A stretch of 64,000 nt of DNA from an uncultured Acidobacteriaceae bacterium (lineage in GTDB: Bacteria; Acidobacteriota; Terriglobia; Terriglobales; Acidobacteriaceae): assembly GCA_963729675.1 (NCBI GenBank), contig CAVSOV010000014.1, positions 162,181 through 226,180 of the forward strand, written 5' to 3'. How positions within the stretch are numbered: the first letter of the stretch is position 1; each line of letters opens with the position of its first letter. The notes below the pieces were generated by a model that saw only the letters and a list, made by a program, of their open reading frames with translations, was not told the origin of the DNA and did not search any database. This document shows, in pieces, positions 37,085 to 47,054 of the stretch. Position numbers and translations under genes: made by a program.

Positions 37085-37766
37085 ATGGTCAAGGCAGTAC
37101 TTTGCGATATCGACGGCACGCTGGTGGATAGCAACTGGCTGCACGCGGAGGCGTGGCAGCGTTCGTTCGCCGAGATGGGCATCATGCTCGACTGCGAAGA
37201 GGTACGGCGGCAGATCGGCAAGGGCGGCGACGAGCTGATACCGGTGTTCGTGCCGTGGTGGAAGCGCGCTGTTGAAGAGCCGCTGAAGCGTTATCGCGAG
37301 TGGATCTTTCGCGAGGATTATCTTCCAAGGGTGAAGGCTCTGCCCAAGGCGCGAGAGTTCGCTGAGGAACTAAAAGCGGCGCGGGATAAAGTTTGCACTC
37401 GCAAGCTCTTCGAAAAAGGCCGATATCGAGGACTACAAACGGATCATGCAGGTCGAGGATCTTGTCGATGAAGCGACATCCGCCGATGATGTGGACCGCG
37501 CGAAGCCACATCCCGATGTGTTTTCAGCAGCGTTGCAACGGCTGGGGTTGAAGGCGCAGGACTGCATCGCGCTCGGCGACACGCCGTACGACGCAGAGGC
37601 CGCCGGCAAGGCCGGTCTGCGCACGATTGGAGTCGAGACGGGCGGGTGGACGCACGATGAATTGATGGATGCCGGCTGCGTCGAGGTGTACGCGAGCGTG
37701 GCGGAACTGCTCGAGCGCATCGACGAGAGCGCGATTATGCGTGAGGGTTTGCGGAGCAGTTATTGA
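37085..37766 (+). CDS. HAD-superfamily hydrolase, frameshift ~37380
   Basis: 'DIDGTLVDS', 'KPHPD', 'GDTPYD'. Confidence 0.88.
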
Positions 37767-38179
37767 TTCCTGCGAGCGGCCACAGCAGCGGCGGCAAGGC
37801 ACAGAAAGATTGTCGCGGAGAAGATCACAGGCGCCATGAAGAAGTAACGCAGGCTGATTAGCAGAGAGCCGGCGTAACAGAGCGCGAGCCCCCAGGTGAG
37901 CCAGGGGAGTTGCGCGAGCGTCGCCGACGGCAACCGTCCCAGCTCCCACGTAACTATCACTGTGAAGAGCAGGAAGACCGTGACGAAGTAGCCGGAGCCA
38001 ACGTAGAAGCCGTAGTAGGTTCGGTCGAAGCCTTGGATGTGGAACATCGTCCGCTTCAGGATGGAGAGCGCCTGATCCACGCCCCATGATGGATCGGTCT
38101 TACGAAAGCCGAGCGTATGGCCAATGGCAAACAGCAGGATCAGAACCGACGAGATGCGGTAAAGAATCGATGCGCGCAT
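37760..38179 (-). CDS. Hypothetical membrane protein
   Basis: 139 aa with about four TM helices. Confidence 0.6.
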   Translation of the reverse strand: MRASILYRISSVLILLFAIGHTLGFRKTDPSWGVDQALSILKRTMFHIQGFDRTYYGFYVGSGYFVTVFLLFTVIVTWELGRLPSATLAQLPWLTWGLALCYAGSLLISLRYFFMAPVIFSATIFLCLAAAAVAARRNQ

Positions 38180-38230
38180 AGTGAGTTAGGTTTGGCACCG
38201 ATGAGCATAACAGAGGCTCACGCGAAAAAA

Positions 38231-39016
38231 TCAACTTTCTGGAGTGAGGTGCAGTTCGCTCATGTTGCGCTGGCCGGTGGGGCAGATGGAGAGAAGAGGG
38301 CAGCCGTCGCAGCGCGGGTTGTCGAAGGTGCAGAGGGTCTGAGCGTGCAGCTTCACCAAGGCGTGATGCTCGTCGAGCATGGCGGCGTCCCAAGTCTCCG
38401 GGACAAGTCGCATGAGGCGTTCCTCGGTCGTAGCGGCGTCGGCCCGCGGAACAACGCAGAGGCGTTGAATCACGCGGAGATGGTTGGCGTCGATCGAGAG
38501 GGCACGACGGCGCAGTGTGGAGAAGTTGACGATCGCGGCGGAGACCTGCGGGCCGACGCCTTCGAACTGCTCGAGCCATGCGCGGATCTTGTCCGTGCGA
38601 TAGCGGTGCAGGAAGTCCAGCGAGAGCGCGCCGGTGCGCGCTGTGATCTGTTCGAGCGCGGTCTTGAGGCGGATAGCCTTCTGCTCGGGGAAGGTGACGA
38701 TGGCAATGGCGCGCTCGATGTCCGGCACGGAGGCATCGCGAACGGGTTCCCAGTTACCTGGCCCGGCGCCGGGGAACGCACGTTCGAGGTCGCGCATCAC
38801 CTGCAAGGATTGCGCGGTCCTGGTGCGGGAGCTGAGTAGCGAGTAGATGAATTGTGTGAGCGGATCCCAGGGAGTGCGCGCAGGCGGCTGGCCGTAGTGC
38901 TTCAGCAGCAGGCGATGGATATGCGGCAGCTTGTCGGCCTGCTCCGGTGTAAGCGGACGGCGCAAGGGCTCGGTCTCAGCTGGTTTGTCGGTGTCGGTGA
39001 AGAGCTCGGGAGTCAT
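38231..39016 (-). CDS. HhH-GPD DNA glycosylase (endonuclease III-like) with 4Fe-4S motif
   Basis: 'LLSSRT', HhH 'FEGVGPQVSA', 'IDANHLRV', 'CTFDNPRCDGCPLLSIC'. Confidence 0.85.
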   Translation of the reverse strand: MTPELFTDTDKPAETEPLRRPLTPEQADKLPHIHRLLLKHYGQPPARTPWDPLTQFIYSLLSSRTRTAQSLQVMRDLERAFPGAGPGNWEPVRDASVPDIERAIAIVTFPEQKAIRLKTALEQITARTGALSLDFLHRYRTDKIRAWLEQFEGVGPQVSAAIVNFSTLRRRALSIDANHLRVIQRLCVVPRADAATTEERLMRLVPETWDAAMLDEHHALVKLHAQTLCTFDNPRCDGCPLLSICPTGQRNMSELHLTPES

Positions 39017-39040
39017 CAACTGGCTGTGCAGACGCTACAG

Positions 39041-39211
39041 CTATTGTGCTCCACGCAGCTCTCCGACGAGTGCGCCGACGGGGTTGATGACGGTCTTCCG
39101 GGCAATGGTCAGCAGCGGCGTGCCGCGCTTGTACATGAGATATGCCGCGACAACGCCAGAGAGAACGCTGCCCCAGACAATGAGCTTCCGAACGGTTACT
39201 TCTTTCGACAT
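39041..39211 (-). CDS. Small single-TM hypothetical protein
   Basis: 56 aa with GGAGG RBS upstream. Confidence 0.6.
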   Translation of the reverse strand: MSKEVTVRKLIVWGSVLSGVVAAYLMYKRGTPLLTIARKTVINPVGALVGELRGAQ

Positions 39212-39240
39212 AAAGCCTCCGTAACGATGAGATGCAGTTG

Positions 39241-40299
39241 TCAGGGGTTTCGCGTGATACCGAGCTCCTGACCGGCGGCCGTTGCGATGCCCCAGGCCAT
39301 GCGCGGCGTATTGTGGGCGAGGCCGAGCGAGCCATCGGGCCCGAGAAGGATGATGCCGCCGTGGCCGCCGAGCCGGTTGAAGAGGTAGTCGATGGCGTCG
39401 GTGGCGGCTTGCTGAGGCGAGGAGCCTGCAGCCACGCGGTCGACGGCCCATTTGCCGAGGACGAGCTTCATGATGGGCTCGCCCCAGCCGGTGAGCGAGA
39501 CGGCGGCGGATTCGTTGTCAGCGTAGCAGCCGCAGCCGATGAGCGAGCTGTCGCCGACGCGGCCGGGGGCCTTGGAAAGTGTGCCGCCGGTCGAGGTGCC
39601 AGCGGCGAGCCGGCCTTCGGCATCCAGCGCGACCGCGCCGACGGTGTCGTGCGAATGCAATGTCGGGTCGTCGACGCGAACCTCATCCGGTAGAGCCTCT
39701 TCGACCTCGGCGTCGAGCGCGGTTTGGCTCAGTGCGGGGTCAATTGAGGCTGCAGTCGGCGTCGAGGTGAACTCCGCATTGCCGCTGAAGGTCGTGTCCG
39801 GGTGTCCGGCGAGCTCGGCCTGCTGGAAGCGCATGAGGCGGTCGCGCTCGCGGGGGACGATGAGCTCCGTATTGTCGACGAGGCGCATGCCATGCTGCGT
39901 AGCGAAGCGCTCGGCACCCGTGCCGACGAAGTAGACGTGCGGTGACTTGTCGAGCACAAGCCGCGCGGCCTGGATGGGGTTGCGCAGACGCTCGACGCAG
40001 GCGACGCCCCCGGCGCGCAGCGTGCTGCCGTCCATCATCAGGGCATCGAGCTGCACGCGGCCATCCCGGGTGAGGAAGGAACCGCGGCCGGCGTCGAAGG
40101 TGTCGTCGTCTTCCATGACGGTGATGGCCGCCTCGATAGCATCAAGTGCGGAGCCGTTCTTCGAGAGCACAGCCCATCCGGCGGCGAGCGCGTTCGCAAT
40201 GCCGCGCTCGTGCGGCGCGACAGCGTCATCCGGCATGGCCCAGGCGCCACCGTGGATGAGAAGGACGGGTTGGCGGAGGCTGCGGGCCGGGGAACTCAT
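39241..40299 (-). CDS. Isoaspartyl peptidase/L-asparaginase (Ntn hydrolase)
   Basis: 'IHGGAW', 'DTVGAVALD', 'TSTGG', 'GRVGDS', 'TGWGE'. Confidence 0.92.
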   Translation of the reverse strand: MSSPARSLRQPVLLIHGGAWAMPDDAVAPHERGIANALAAGWAVLSKNGSALDAIEAAITVMEDDDTFDAGRGSFLTRDGRVQLDALMMDGSTLRAGGVACVERLRNPIQAARLVLDKSPHVYFVGTGAERFATQHGMRLVDNTELIVPRERDRLMRFQQAELAGHPDTTFSGNAEFTSTPTAASIDPALSQTALDAEVEEALPDEVRVDDPTLHSHDTVGAVALDAEGRLAAGTSTGGTLSKAPGRVGDSSLIGCGCYADNESAAVSLTGWGEPIMKLVLGKWAVDRVAAGSSPQQAATDAIDYLFNRLGGHGGIILLGPDGSLGLAHNTPRMAWGIATAAGQELGITRNP

Positions 40300-40332
40300 G
40301 GCATCTGAGAGTGTACGGGAGGCTGCTGAGGA

Positions 40333-40665
40333 ATGCCTTCGAGCGTAATTGTCGCAATGCAATACGAGCCTCGACAGCGGGAGTTACTTATCGTCTTTCG
40401 CAGCGGTCGTGGCGCCTATCGCTACTTTGAAGTGCCGATCGAGGAGTGGCGGGCCTTCCTCGAAGCGGAGTCAAAGGGGGCGTACCTGAACGAGGTCTTC
40501 AAACGCAAAGAGCACCGGTATGAGAGGCTTTCGGGTCCGGTGCCAGTGATCGCGCTGCAGAATGAAGAGAAAGCTGAGCCGCTGGAATGGGGCGAGACCT
40601 GGAGTCCGCACAAGGGCGTGAAGAGTGTCGAAACGTCGCAGCGCGAAAAGCAGGTCAGGGCGTAG
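40333..40665 (+). CDS. KTSC-domain protein
   Basis: 'SSVI..YE...L.I.FRSG..YRYFEVP......AESKGAYLN'. Confidence 0.85.
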   Translation: MPSSVIVAMQYEPRQRELLIVFRSGRGAYRYFEVPIEEWRAFLEAESKGAYLNEVFKRKEHRYERLSGPVPVIALQNEEKAEPLEWGETWSPHKGVKSVETSQREKQVRA

Positions 40666-41293
40666 CGACCCCGGCGAGCTTGCGTCGCTCGGTTTCGAGA
40701 TAGGTGTAGCGCATGCGGTGGATGACTGTGATCGTCGACAGGATCGCAAGCACCCAAAGCGCGGCGGGCATCGCGTCCCAGCGCTCAAAGAGCGCGCCCA
40801 GGATGATGAGGACGACGCGTTCCGGTCGCTCCATGAAGCCGACCTTGCAGGAGCCGATCAGGGCTTCGGCGCGGGCGCGAGTGTAGCTGACCATCAGCGA
40901 CGCGGTCATCACGAAGGCGACAAGGACGACGTAGAAGAAGCGGTTGCCGCGCGCGTAAAAGACCAGCAGACCGAAGAAGAGCGCCACGTCGGAGTAGCGG
41001 TCGAGGACGGAGTCGAAGAAGGCGCCGAAGACGGAGACCTGGTTGGTCTGGCGTGCGACGCGTCCGTCGACCATGTCGAAAAGCCCGGCGCCGATGATCA
41101 CCAGGCCGGCATAAAAGAACATGCGGACATAGTTGTCCGCGCGCCCGTAGCCGAAGAAGAAGGCCGCGACGACGTTGATGAGGAGGCCGATGAAGGTGAG
41201 AGTATTCGGCGAGATCTTCGAGAGCGCAAGCCCGTTGACGATTTTTTGCAGCAGCCAGCCGCTGCCTTTTCCGAAGGTGCTAGTCCAGGTCAT
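40655..41293 (-). CDS. CDP-alcohol phosphatidyltransferase
   Basis: 'DMVDGRVARQTNQVSVFGAFFDSVLDR' family signature. Confidence 0.92.
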   Translation of the reverse strand: MTWTSTFGKGSGWLLQKIVNGLALSKISPNTLTFIGLLINVVAAFFFGYGRADNYVRMFFYAGLVIIGAGLFDMVDGRVARQTNQVSVFGAFFDSVLDRYSDVALFFGLLVFYARGNRFFYVVLVAFVMTASLMVSYTRARAEALIGSCKVGFMERPERVVLIILGALFERWDAMPAALWVLAILSTITVIHRMRYTYLETERRKLAGVATP

Positions 41294-41396
41294 TCAATCG
41301 CTCTGCTTCCAGTTTAGTGGACTGAAGAAAAATGGGCACGTCGTGGGCGCCGCAGTCGTATATTGTTGCCATTCCTGGCTTATCGAGAGGCGGCAA

Positions 41397-43511
41397 ATGT
41401 TGAAGTTTCGCAGTGTGGCGCAATGGAGTGCGGTTTGGGCGATGGGTATGGCCCTGGTAGTCAGGGCGCAGATGCAGCTCCCAGAAGACAAGTATCTATG
41501 GTTGGAGGACACATCCAACCCCCGGACGATGGAGTGGGTGAAGGCTGAAAATGCGCGAACGGCGGCAGATTTTGAGAAAGATCCGGAATTCGCCACAGAT
41601 TATGCCGATGCGCTGAACATCCTGAACGATCCTGAGAAGCTGGCTACGCCCGGCCTCCATGGCGATTGGGTCTACAACCAATGGAGGGACGCGGAACACC
41701 TGCGCGGTCTGCTGCGCCGCACAACACTCGCGGACTATCTGACAGCTTCTCCCAAGTGGCAGCCCGTACTGGATATCGACGAGCTGAACCGTGCGGAGAA
41801 TGCGAAATGGGTTCCTCGTGGCGTGAACTGCCTTTACCCCGGCGATGAGTATTGCGTTGCCGTGCTTTCAAACGGCGGCGAAGACGCGACCACGGCGCGC
41901 GAATTCAACCTCAGGCAGGCAAAGTTCGTCTCCGGCGGGTTCGTCCTCGACCATAGCAAGCAGAACATCGGCTGGGAGGACAAAGACACGCTGCTGGTGG
42001 CACGAGATTGGGGTGCGGGCACGCTCACCGGCTCCGGCTATCCGTTCGTCGTAAAGCGTTGGAAGCGTGGCACCCCGCTCGATTCGGCAAGCGAGGTCTT
42101 CCGTGGCAAGTCAACGGACGAACTCGGTTCCTCAGCGAATGTGATCCACGATGCCTCCGGTCATAAGCTCGTGACCTTCGATCGCGGCGTCACGTTCTTC
42201 ACGTCGGAGACGTTTGTCGAAACCCCGAAGGGGATTCTGCAGCTTGCGATTCCTTCCAAGGCAAGTCTTGCGGGCATGATCGACGGCCGCTTGCTCATTC
42301 ACACACGCGAGGAGTGGAAACCCGCATCCGGGAGACCGATTCCCGCGGGTTCGCTGGTCGAGGTAAAGCTGGCCGACGTGCTGCGTGATCCCGGACATTT
42401 GAACCCCCAGGTCGTCTTTGCGCCGACTGAGCGTGAGTTTCTCCAGACCACGCGGGTCACGCCGCATCATCTGCTGCTGACGACGTTGGACAATGTGCAG
42501 GGCCGCGCCTATCTTTACTCGCCGGGGGCGAAGGGCTGGACGTCGAAGCGGCTCGATTTGCCCGAGAACTCGGCGATCGCGATTGTTTCGACAGACCTGA
42601 ACAGCAGCCGCTACGTACTGAGCGCGACCGGATTCCTGACGCCGACCACGCTTTATCTTGGCGATGCTGCGACGGGTTCGCTGAAGGCAATCAAGACAGC
42701 GCCCGCGCGCTTCGATGCAAGCAAAGACGTGGTCGAGCAATACTTCGCAACGTCGAAGGACGGCACGAAGATCCCGTACTTCGTCGTGCATCCGAAGGAC
42801 ATGAAGCTCGACGGATCGAATCCCACACTGTTGACGGCGTATGGCGGTTTCGAGGTCGCAGAAACGCCTGCTTATAACGCCGTCACCGGCAAACTCTGGC
42901 TGGAGAAGGGCGGCGTTTATGTGCTGGCGAACATTCGTGGTGGTGGCGAGTTCGGTCCGGCATGGCATGAAGCAGGGCTCAAGACGAAGCGCCAGGTCAT
43001 CTATGACGACTTCGCCGCGGTGGGTGAGGATCTCATTCGCCGGAAGATTACTTCGACGCCGCACCTCGGCATCATGGGTGGGTCGAACGGCGGCCTGCTT
43101 ATGGGAGTCGAGATGACACAGCATCCCGATCTGTGGGGGGCTGTCGTCATCGAAGTACCGCTGCTGGACATGCTTCGCATTGAGAAGATTGCAGCCGGCG
43201 CAAGCTGGGTGGGCGAGTATGGCTCGGTGAGCGACCCTGAGGTCCGCGAGTTCTGGCTGGCGCGCTCCCCTTATAACCAGTTGAAGCCGGACGTAAAGTA
43301 CCCCGACCCACTCATCTGGACGACGACCAAGGACGACCGGGTTGGCCCACAGCACGCCCGCAAGTTCGCCGCCAAGATGGCGGAGTTCCAGGAGCCGTAC
43401 TACTTTTACGAAGTCATCGAAGGCGGCCACGGCTCTGGCGCCGACGCGAAACAGACCGCGCATACCGATGCCTTGAACTTCGTCTATCTGCAGCAGAAGT
43501 TGATGAAGTAG
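41397..43511 (+). CDS. Prolyl oligopeptidase (S9A)
   Basis: 'DKYLWLED', 'YGGF', 'NIRGGGEFG', 'GGSNGG', 'DDRV', 'GGHG'. Confidence 0.93.
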   Translation: MLKFRSVAQWSAVWAMGMALVVRAQMQLPEDKYLWLEDTSNPRTMEWVKAENARTAADFEKDPEFATDYADALNILNDPEKLATPGLHGDWVYNQWRDAEHLRGLLRRTTLADYLTASPKWQPVLDIDELNRAENAKWVPRGVNCLYPGDEYCVAVLSNGGEDATTAREFNLRQAKFVSGGFVLDHSKQNIGWEDKDTLLVARDWGAGTLTGSGYPFVVKRWKRGTPLDSASEVFRGKSTDELGSSANVIHDASGHKLVTFDRGVTFFTSETFVETPKGILQLAIPSKASLAGMIDGRLLIHTREEWKPASGRPIPAGSLVEVKLADVLRDPGHLNPQVVFAPTEREFLQTTRVTPHHLLLTTLDNVQGRAYLYSPGAKGWTSKRLDLPENSAIAIVSTDLNSSRYVLSATGFLTPTTLYLGDAATGSLKAIKTAPARFDASKDVVEQYFATSKDGTKIPYFVVHPKDMKLDGSNPTLLTAYGGFEVAETPAYNAVTGKLWLEKGGVYVLANIRGGGEFGPAWHEAGLKTKRQVIYDDFAAVGEDLIRRKITSTPHLGIMGGSNGGLLMGVEMTQHPDLWGAVVIEVPLLDMLRIEKIAAGASWVGEYGSVSDPEVREFWLARSPYNQLKPDVKYPDPLIWTTTKDDRVGPQHARKFAAKMAEFQEPYYFYEVIEGGHGSGADAKQTAHTDALNFVYLQQKLMK

Positions 43512-43534
43512 CTGTGTGCAACCGCAAATAGCAC

Positions 43535-43556
43535 GGGCATGGCGGCTGCCATGCCC
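43535..43556. terminator. Hairpin between convergent prolyl oligopeptidase and greA
   Basis: GGGCATGGC-GGCT-GCCATGCCC. Confidence 0.6.
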
Positions 43557-43594
43557 TGCTTCTTGCAATCTTTGCGCGCTCTTCTCGAGTGGCT

Positions 43595-44065
43595 TTACTC
43601 GGCCGCGTCGTGGATGGTCGTCAGCTTCAGGACCTCGAGCTCGCGCTTGCCGGTCGGGGTCACGACAGTCGCCGTGTCGCCGACCTCCTTGCCGATGAGC
43701 GCGCGGCCGATGGGCGACGTCGTCGAGATCAGGCCCTTGGCGACATCGGACTCCTCGCTGGTGACGAGCTTATAGGTAAGCTCCTCGTCCTTGCTGTTGT
43801 CGAAGACCACCACCGTCGAGCCGAAGCCCGCCTTGTCGTGCGGGATATTAGCGAGGTTGACCAGCGAGAGCTCGGCCATGCGCTTTTTCAGTTGGCCCAG
43901 GCGCGCGTTCACGAATTCCTGGCGCTGCTTGGCCATGTGGTACTCGGCGTTTTCAGACAGGTCGCCCATGGCCACCGCCTTCTTGATCTCGGCGGGCAGC
44001 TCGGTGGTGAGCTCGTACTCAAGAACCTTAATCTGCTCTTGAAGCGACTTCATGATGTCTTGCAT
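43595..44065 (-). CDS. greA: Transcription elongation factor GreA
   Basis: 'GDLSENAEY', 'ISTTSPIGRALIGK'. Confidence 0.92.
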   Translation of the reverse strand: MQDIMKSLQEQIKVLEYELTTELPAEIKKAVAMGDLSENAEYHMAKQRQEFVNARLGQLKKRMAELSLVNLANIPHDKAGFGSTVVVFDNSKDEELTYKLVTSEESDVAKGLISTTSPIGRALIGKEVGDTATVVTPTGKRELEVLKLTTIHDAAE

Positions 44066-44172
44066 GTGCGGGTCTGCTTCTCACGGCCTCGAGGAAGTAA
44101 CTGAGGCACAGGGGGATCAAAAACTTCATTATACGAGACGGCCAAAGGTCGCCTTTGGCCGCAACTGGGCGT

Positions 44173-44676
44173 TCAGGAGGCAGAGTCGCCGGGGTCGGGC
44201 AGCAGGGACGGCCCGGAGTTCTGCGAGAGAAATGACTCCAGCAGCAGCGTAGCAGCCACCTGGTCGATTATTTCCGTTCGGCTCACGCGCATCTCTTTGC
44301 GGCCGCGGAGCGATGCGGGCCCGGTTGAGCGCGGAGATCGCCCTGCAAGATCCAGCAGCTCGTGAGCTTCGCGGGTGGTCAGGCGTTCGTCGAGCAGATG
44401 ATGCGTCAGCCCGGGGTGCTCCGCTTCCAGAGCCTTCGCGAATGCCTGCGCCTTCGCGGCCTGAGCGCCCGGCGTGCCGTCTGCATGCAGCGGGTTGCCG
44501 ACGACCACGGTGGTCACTTTGTGCTGGCGGATGAAGCGCGCAATCGCCTTGAGATCGGCCCGAAGCGTCGTGCGATGCAGCGTGAACAGCGGCTGCGCGG
44601 TCACGCCGAGCGGGTCCGTGATGGCCAGCCCGATGCGACGGTCGCCGATGTCCAGTGCGAGAATCCGTTCCGCCAT
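44173..44676 (-). CDS. ruvX: RuvX/YqgF pre-16S rRNA nuclease
   Basis: 'LALDIGDRRIGLAITD', 'VVGNP', 'DERLTT', 'IDQVAATLLLE'. Confidence 0.92.
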   Translation of the reverse strand: MAERILALDIGDRRIGLAITDPLGVTAQPLFTLHRTTLRADLKAIARFIRQHKVTTVVVGNPLHADGTPGAQAAKAQAFAKALEAEHPGLTHHLLDERLTTREAHELLDLAGRSPRSTGPASLRGRKEMRVSRTEIIDQVAATLLLESFLSQNSGPSLLPDPGDSAS

Positions 44677-44685
44677 GCTGAAAAT

Positions 44686-44949
44686 CTACCGCGCCCGGCG
44701 GTTCTTGCGCAGGATCGCCGCAAGGATCAGCAGATAGGTGCAGAGCTGCCCAAGATAAAGCCACGTGCGGACGCCGTTGGGCTGGCTCAGGAAGACGGAG
44801 GCTGCGCTGGTCACGGCCTGGAAGAAAAACGCAATGGAGAAGGCGAGAAAGAGGAAGTCGTGTGTGCGACGCCAGAACCGCAGGAAAAACATGGCCGCCA
44901 CCAGAGAGGCGGTTGCAACGAAGCCGAGCATGAAGCCGTCGAAGAGCAT
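44686..44949 (-). CDS. Small 3-TM protein (DUF5985-like)
   Basis: 'FFLRFWRRTHDFLFLAF...ILRKN'. Confidence 0.65.
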   Translation of the reverse strand: MLFDGFMLGFVATASLVAAMFFLRFWRRTHDFLFLAFSIAFFFQAVTSAASVFLSQPNGVRTWLYLGQLCTYLLILAAILRKNRRAR

Positions 44950-44951
44950 CG

Positions 44952-45209
44952 TTACTCCGAGTCCCAGATGAGGCCGTAGATGAGTACGATCATCGACACG
45001 GCCACTACGCCGCGCCGCAGCAGGTGAAGATCCGTAGACGGCAGAAGCACCAGGTCGACGAAGATGAGAGCGCTATTGAGCGCCAGACCGAGGAAGCAGA
45101 TGGAACTCCAAAGAAGCAGCCGCTTCCGCGACTGGCGATATCCCCGTGCCAGCAGAATGCCGCAGAGAAGCGTAACGAGCATGCCGAGGATGTATGAAGC
45201 AGCAGCCAT
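44952..45209 (-). CDS. Small 3-TM protein (DUF5985-like)
   Basis: 'LLARGYRQSRKRLLLWSSICF..L..N...LIYGLIWD'. Confidence 0.65.
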   Translation of the reverse strand: MAAASYILGMLVTLLCGILLARGYRQSRKRLLLWSSICFLGLALNSALIFVDLVLLPSTDLHLLRRGVVAVSMIVLIYGLIWDSE

Positions 45210-45210
45210 A

Positions 45211-45624
45211 TCAGCTCTTATCCTTCCTGAGACGGAAAGCGTCAGCGAATGCACGTACGCCGGGAGAGGGTTTGGAGTGAATTATGCCCGAGATGCGGAT
45301 GAGTTCGCGCCGATATGTAGCGTCGACGGCTTCGATCAGCCGGTTGCGTTCCTCTGAATGCATGTCATAGAAGAACCCGGCGGCGCTGCTTTGGTCGCGC
45401 GCAATCAGTCCGCGACGCTGCAGGTCTTCCGCAATCGCTGCTCCCTGGCCGTGCGTAATGTAGAGCTGTTCGGCAATCTGCGCGGCCGAGAAGGGCTGGG
45501 GCGCGCCGCGCCACAGCAACAGCAGCGCTTCAAGGTGCGGCACACTGTCGATCTCATCAATGATGAATTGATCGACCCTGGCGGAATCGCCACGATCTAC
45601 GTTGGGCGTCTCGTCGTGCATCAT
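45211..45624 (-). CDS. Winged-helix-like hypothetical protein
   Basis: 'IDSVPHLEALLLL', HTH-like 'SAAQIAEQLYI', 'AFADAFRL'. Confidence 0.6.
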   Translation of the reverse strand: MMHDETPNVDRGDSARVDQFIIDEIDSVPHLEALLLLWRGAPQPFSAAQIAEQLYITHGQGAAIAEDLQRRGLIARDQSSAAGFFYDMHSEERNRLIEAVDATYRRELIRISGIIHSKPSPGVRAFADAFRLRKDKS

Positions 45625-45792
45625 TTCGTCTCAAAGGGCCCATATACTGTTCTTCCCATCGTATATCGGTTCACGATAAAACAATTGCGTCATTTGGGGA
45701 GTCGTATCTGAACGAAGGTGTATGGTGCCGCCGCGAAAGATGGCGCTCGAATCAAAGAAAACAGCCACTTAGACTGTTTGCGAGGTATCCCG

Positions 45793-46764
45793 GTGCGTGT
45801 ATTCAAATTTCTGCTGTTGCTGATCGTGGTAGCGGCCGCGGCGCTCACATTTCTGTTCCTCGTGCCCTATGGGCCCAGATCGGAGCAGTTCGTCGACGTG
45901 GCGCCGGGAACGGGCACGCTGGCCATCGGCAAGCAGCTCAAGCAGGCGGGCGTTCTGCGCACCGGCTATGAGTTGGAGGCGCTGCGCCTCACCCGCGGCG
46001 GAACTCTCAAGGCGGGCGAGTACAGGTTCGATCATCCGGCAACGCCGCTGGAGATATACGACCGTATGCGCCGCGGCGATGTCTTCACGATCGCGCTCGT
46101 CATCCCAGAGGGCTACAACATCTTCGATATCGCCGGCGCGGTGCAGGCCGCAGGGCTTGACTCGAGCGCGAACTTCCTCGCGGCAGAGCGGCAGCACACG
46201 GAACTGATCTCCGCATGGAGCCCGCAGGCGGCGTCGCTCGAGGGATTTCTCTTCCCGGACACGTACAAGTTCAATCACCATTCCACGGAAGAGCAGATGC
46301 TGGGCGCAATGGTGAAGCGCTTCGCGGAGGTCGCCACGCAGCTGGGAATCTCACCTGCGGACGCGAAGCGAGTAGTCACGATGGCGTCGCTCGTGGAGCG
46401 CGAGGTGCGTGTCACCTCGGAGCGGCCGCTGGTCGCGGGCGTCTTCGAGAATCGGTTGCGCGCTGGAATGCCGCTGCAGACCGATCCGTCGGTCGTCTAT
46501 GCGTCCTTGCTCAATGGCACATGGACCGGCGTGATTCATCAGAGCGAGCTGCACTCGGACTCGGCGTACAACACCTACACCCATGTGGGTCTGCCGCCGG
46601 GGCCCATCTGCAACCCTGGCCTCGCGGCACTCGAGGCGGCCCTGCGTCCCGCGCAGACGGACTACATGTACTTTGTCGCAAATCCGGACGGGTCGACGAA
46701 GTTCGCGCGCCAGCTCGATGAACATAATGCGAACGTCGCGGTTTACCGGCACGAAACAAAGTAA
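45793..46764 (+). CDS. mltG: Endolytic transglycosylase MltG
   Basis: 'LKAGEY', 'IPEG', 'LEGFLFPDTY', 'ASLVERE', 'NRL..GMPLQTDP', 'YNTY..GLPPGPICNPG', 'YFVA'. Confidence 0.93.
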   Translation: MRVFKFLLLLIVVAAAALTFLFLVPYGPRSEQFVDVAPGTGTLAIGKQLKQAGVLRTGYELEALRLTRGGTLKAGEYRFDHPATPLEIYDRMRRGDVFTIALVIPEGYNIFDIAGAVQAAGLDSSANFLAAERQHTELISAWSPQAASLEGFLFPDTYKFNHHSTEEQMLGAMVKRFAEVATQLGISPADAKRVVTMASLVEREVRVTSERPLVAGVFENRLRAGMPLQTDPSVVYASLLNGTWTGVIHQSELHSDSAYNTYTHVGLPPGPICNPGLAALEAALRPAQTDYMYFVANPDGSTKFARQLDEHNANVAVYRHETK

Positions 46765-47018
46765 AGCTTCTTCGCCGCCTGAATACCGATAAACGGCGGC
46801 GGCGATTTCCACGAGGGTTACCGAAGAGGTACTTGGGGTATCACACTATGCACCCCAAGGCGTTGTGTCTTCAAGTGGGCCAAAAAGTCTCACCGAGAGG
46901 GATGTCTTGGCGCAAGCGAAGATTCGGCGAAATGTGAACGTATAACTCCCGCAATATATGCCCAACCCATTCTCTTGAAAAACCTTAGGTTTGTCGGTCT
47001 GCTGTGGGAAATTTCGCG

Positions 47019-47049
47019 TTGACAGGGGGGTGGGGGCGGGTTCTATAAC
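47019..47049 (+). promoter_or_regulatory. Putative sigma70 promoter for the Zn-finger/activator module
   Basis: TTGACA (47019-24) and TATAAC (47044-49); 19-nt spacer contains G runs whose length may be miscalled. Confidence 0.55.
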
Positions 47050-47054
47050 CGCAG

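Noticed and set aside
45793-46764. MltG as the endolysin of the phage-like element
   Set aside because: It is the conserved housekeeping membrane-anchored MltG, commonly near ruvX, and is followed by a hairpin and a separate promoter.
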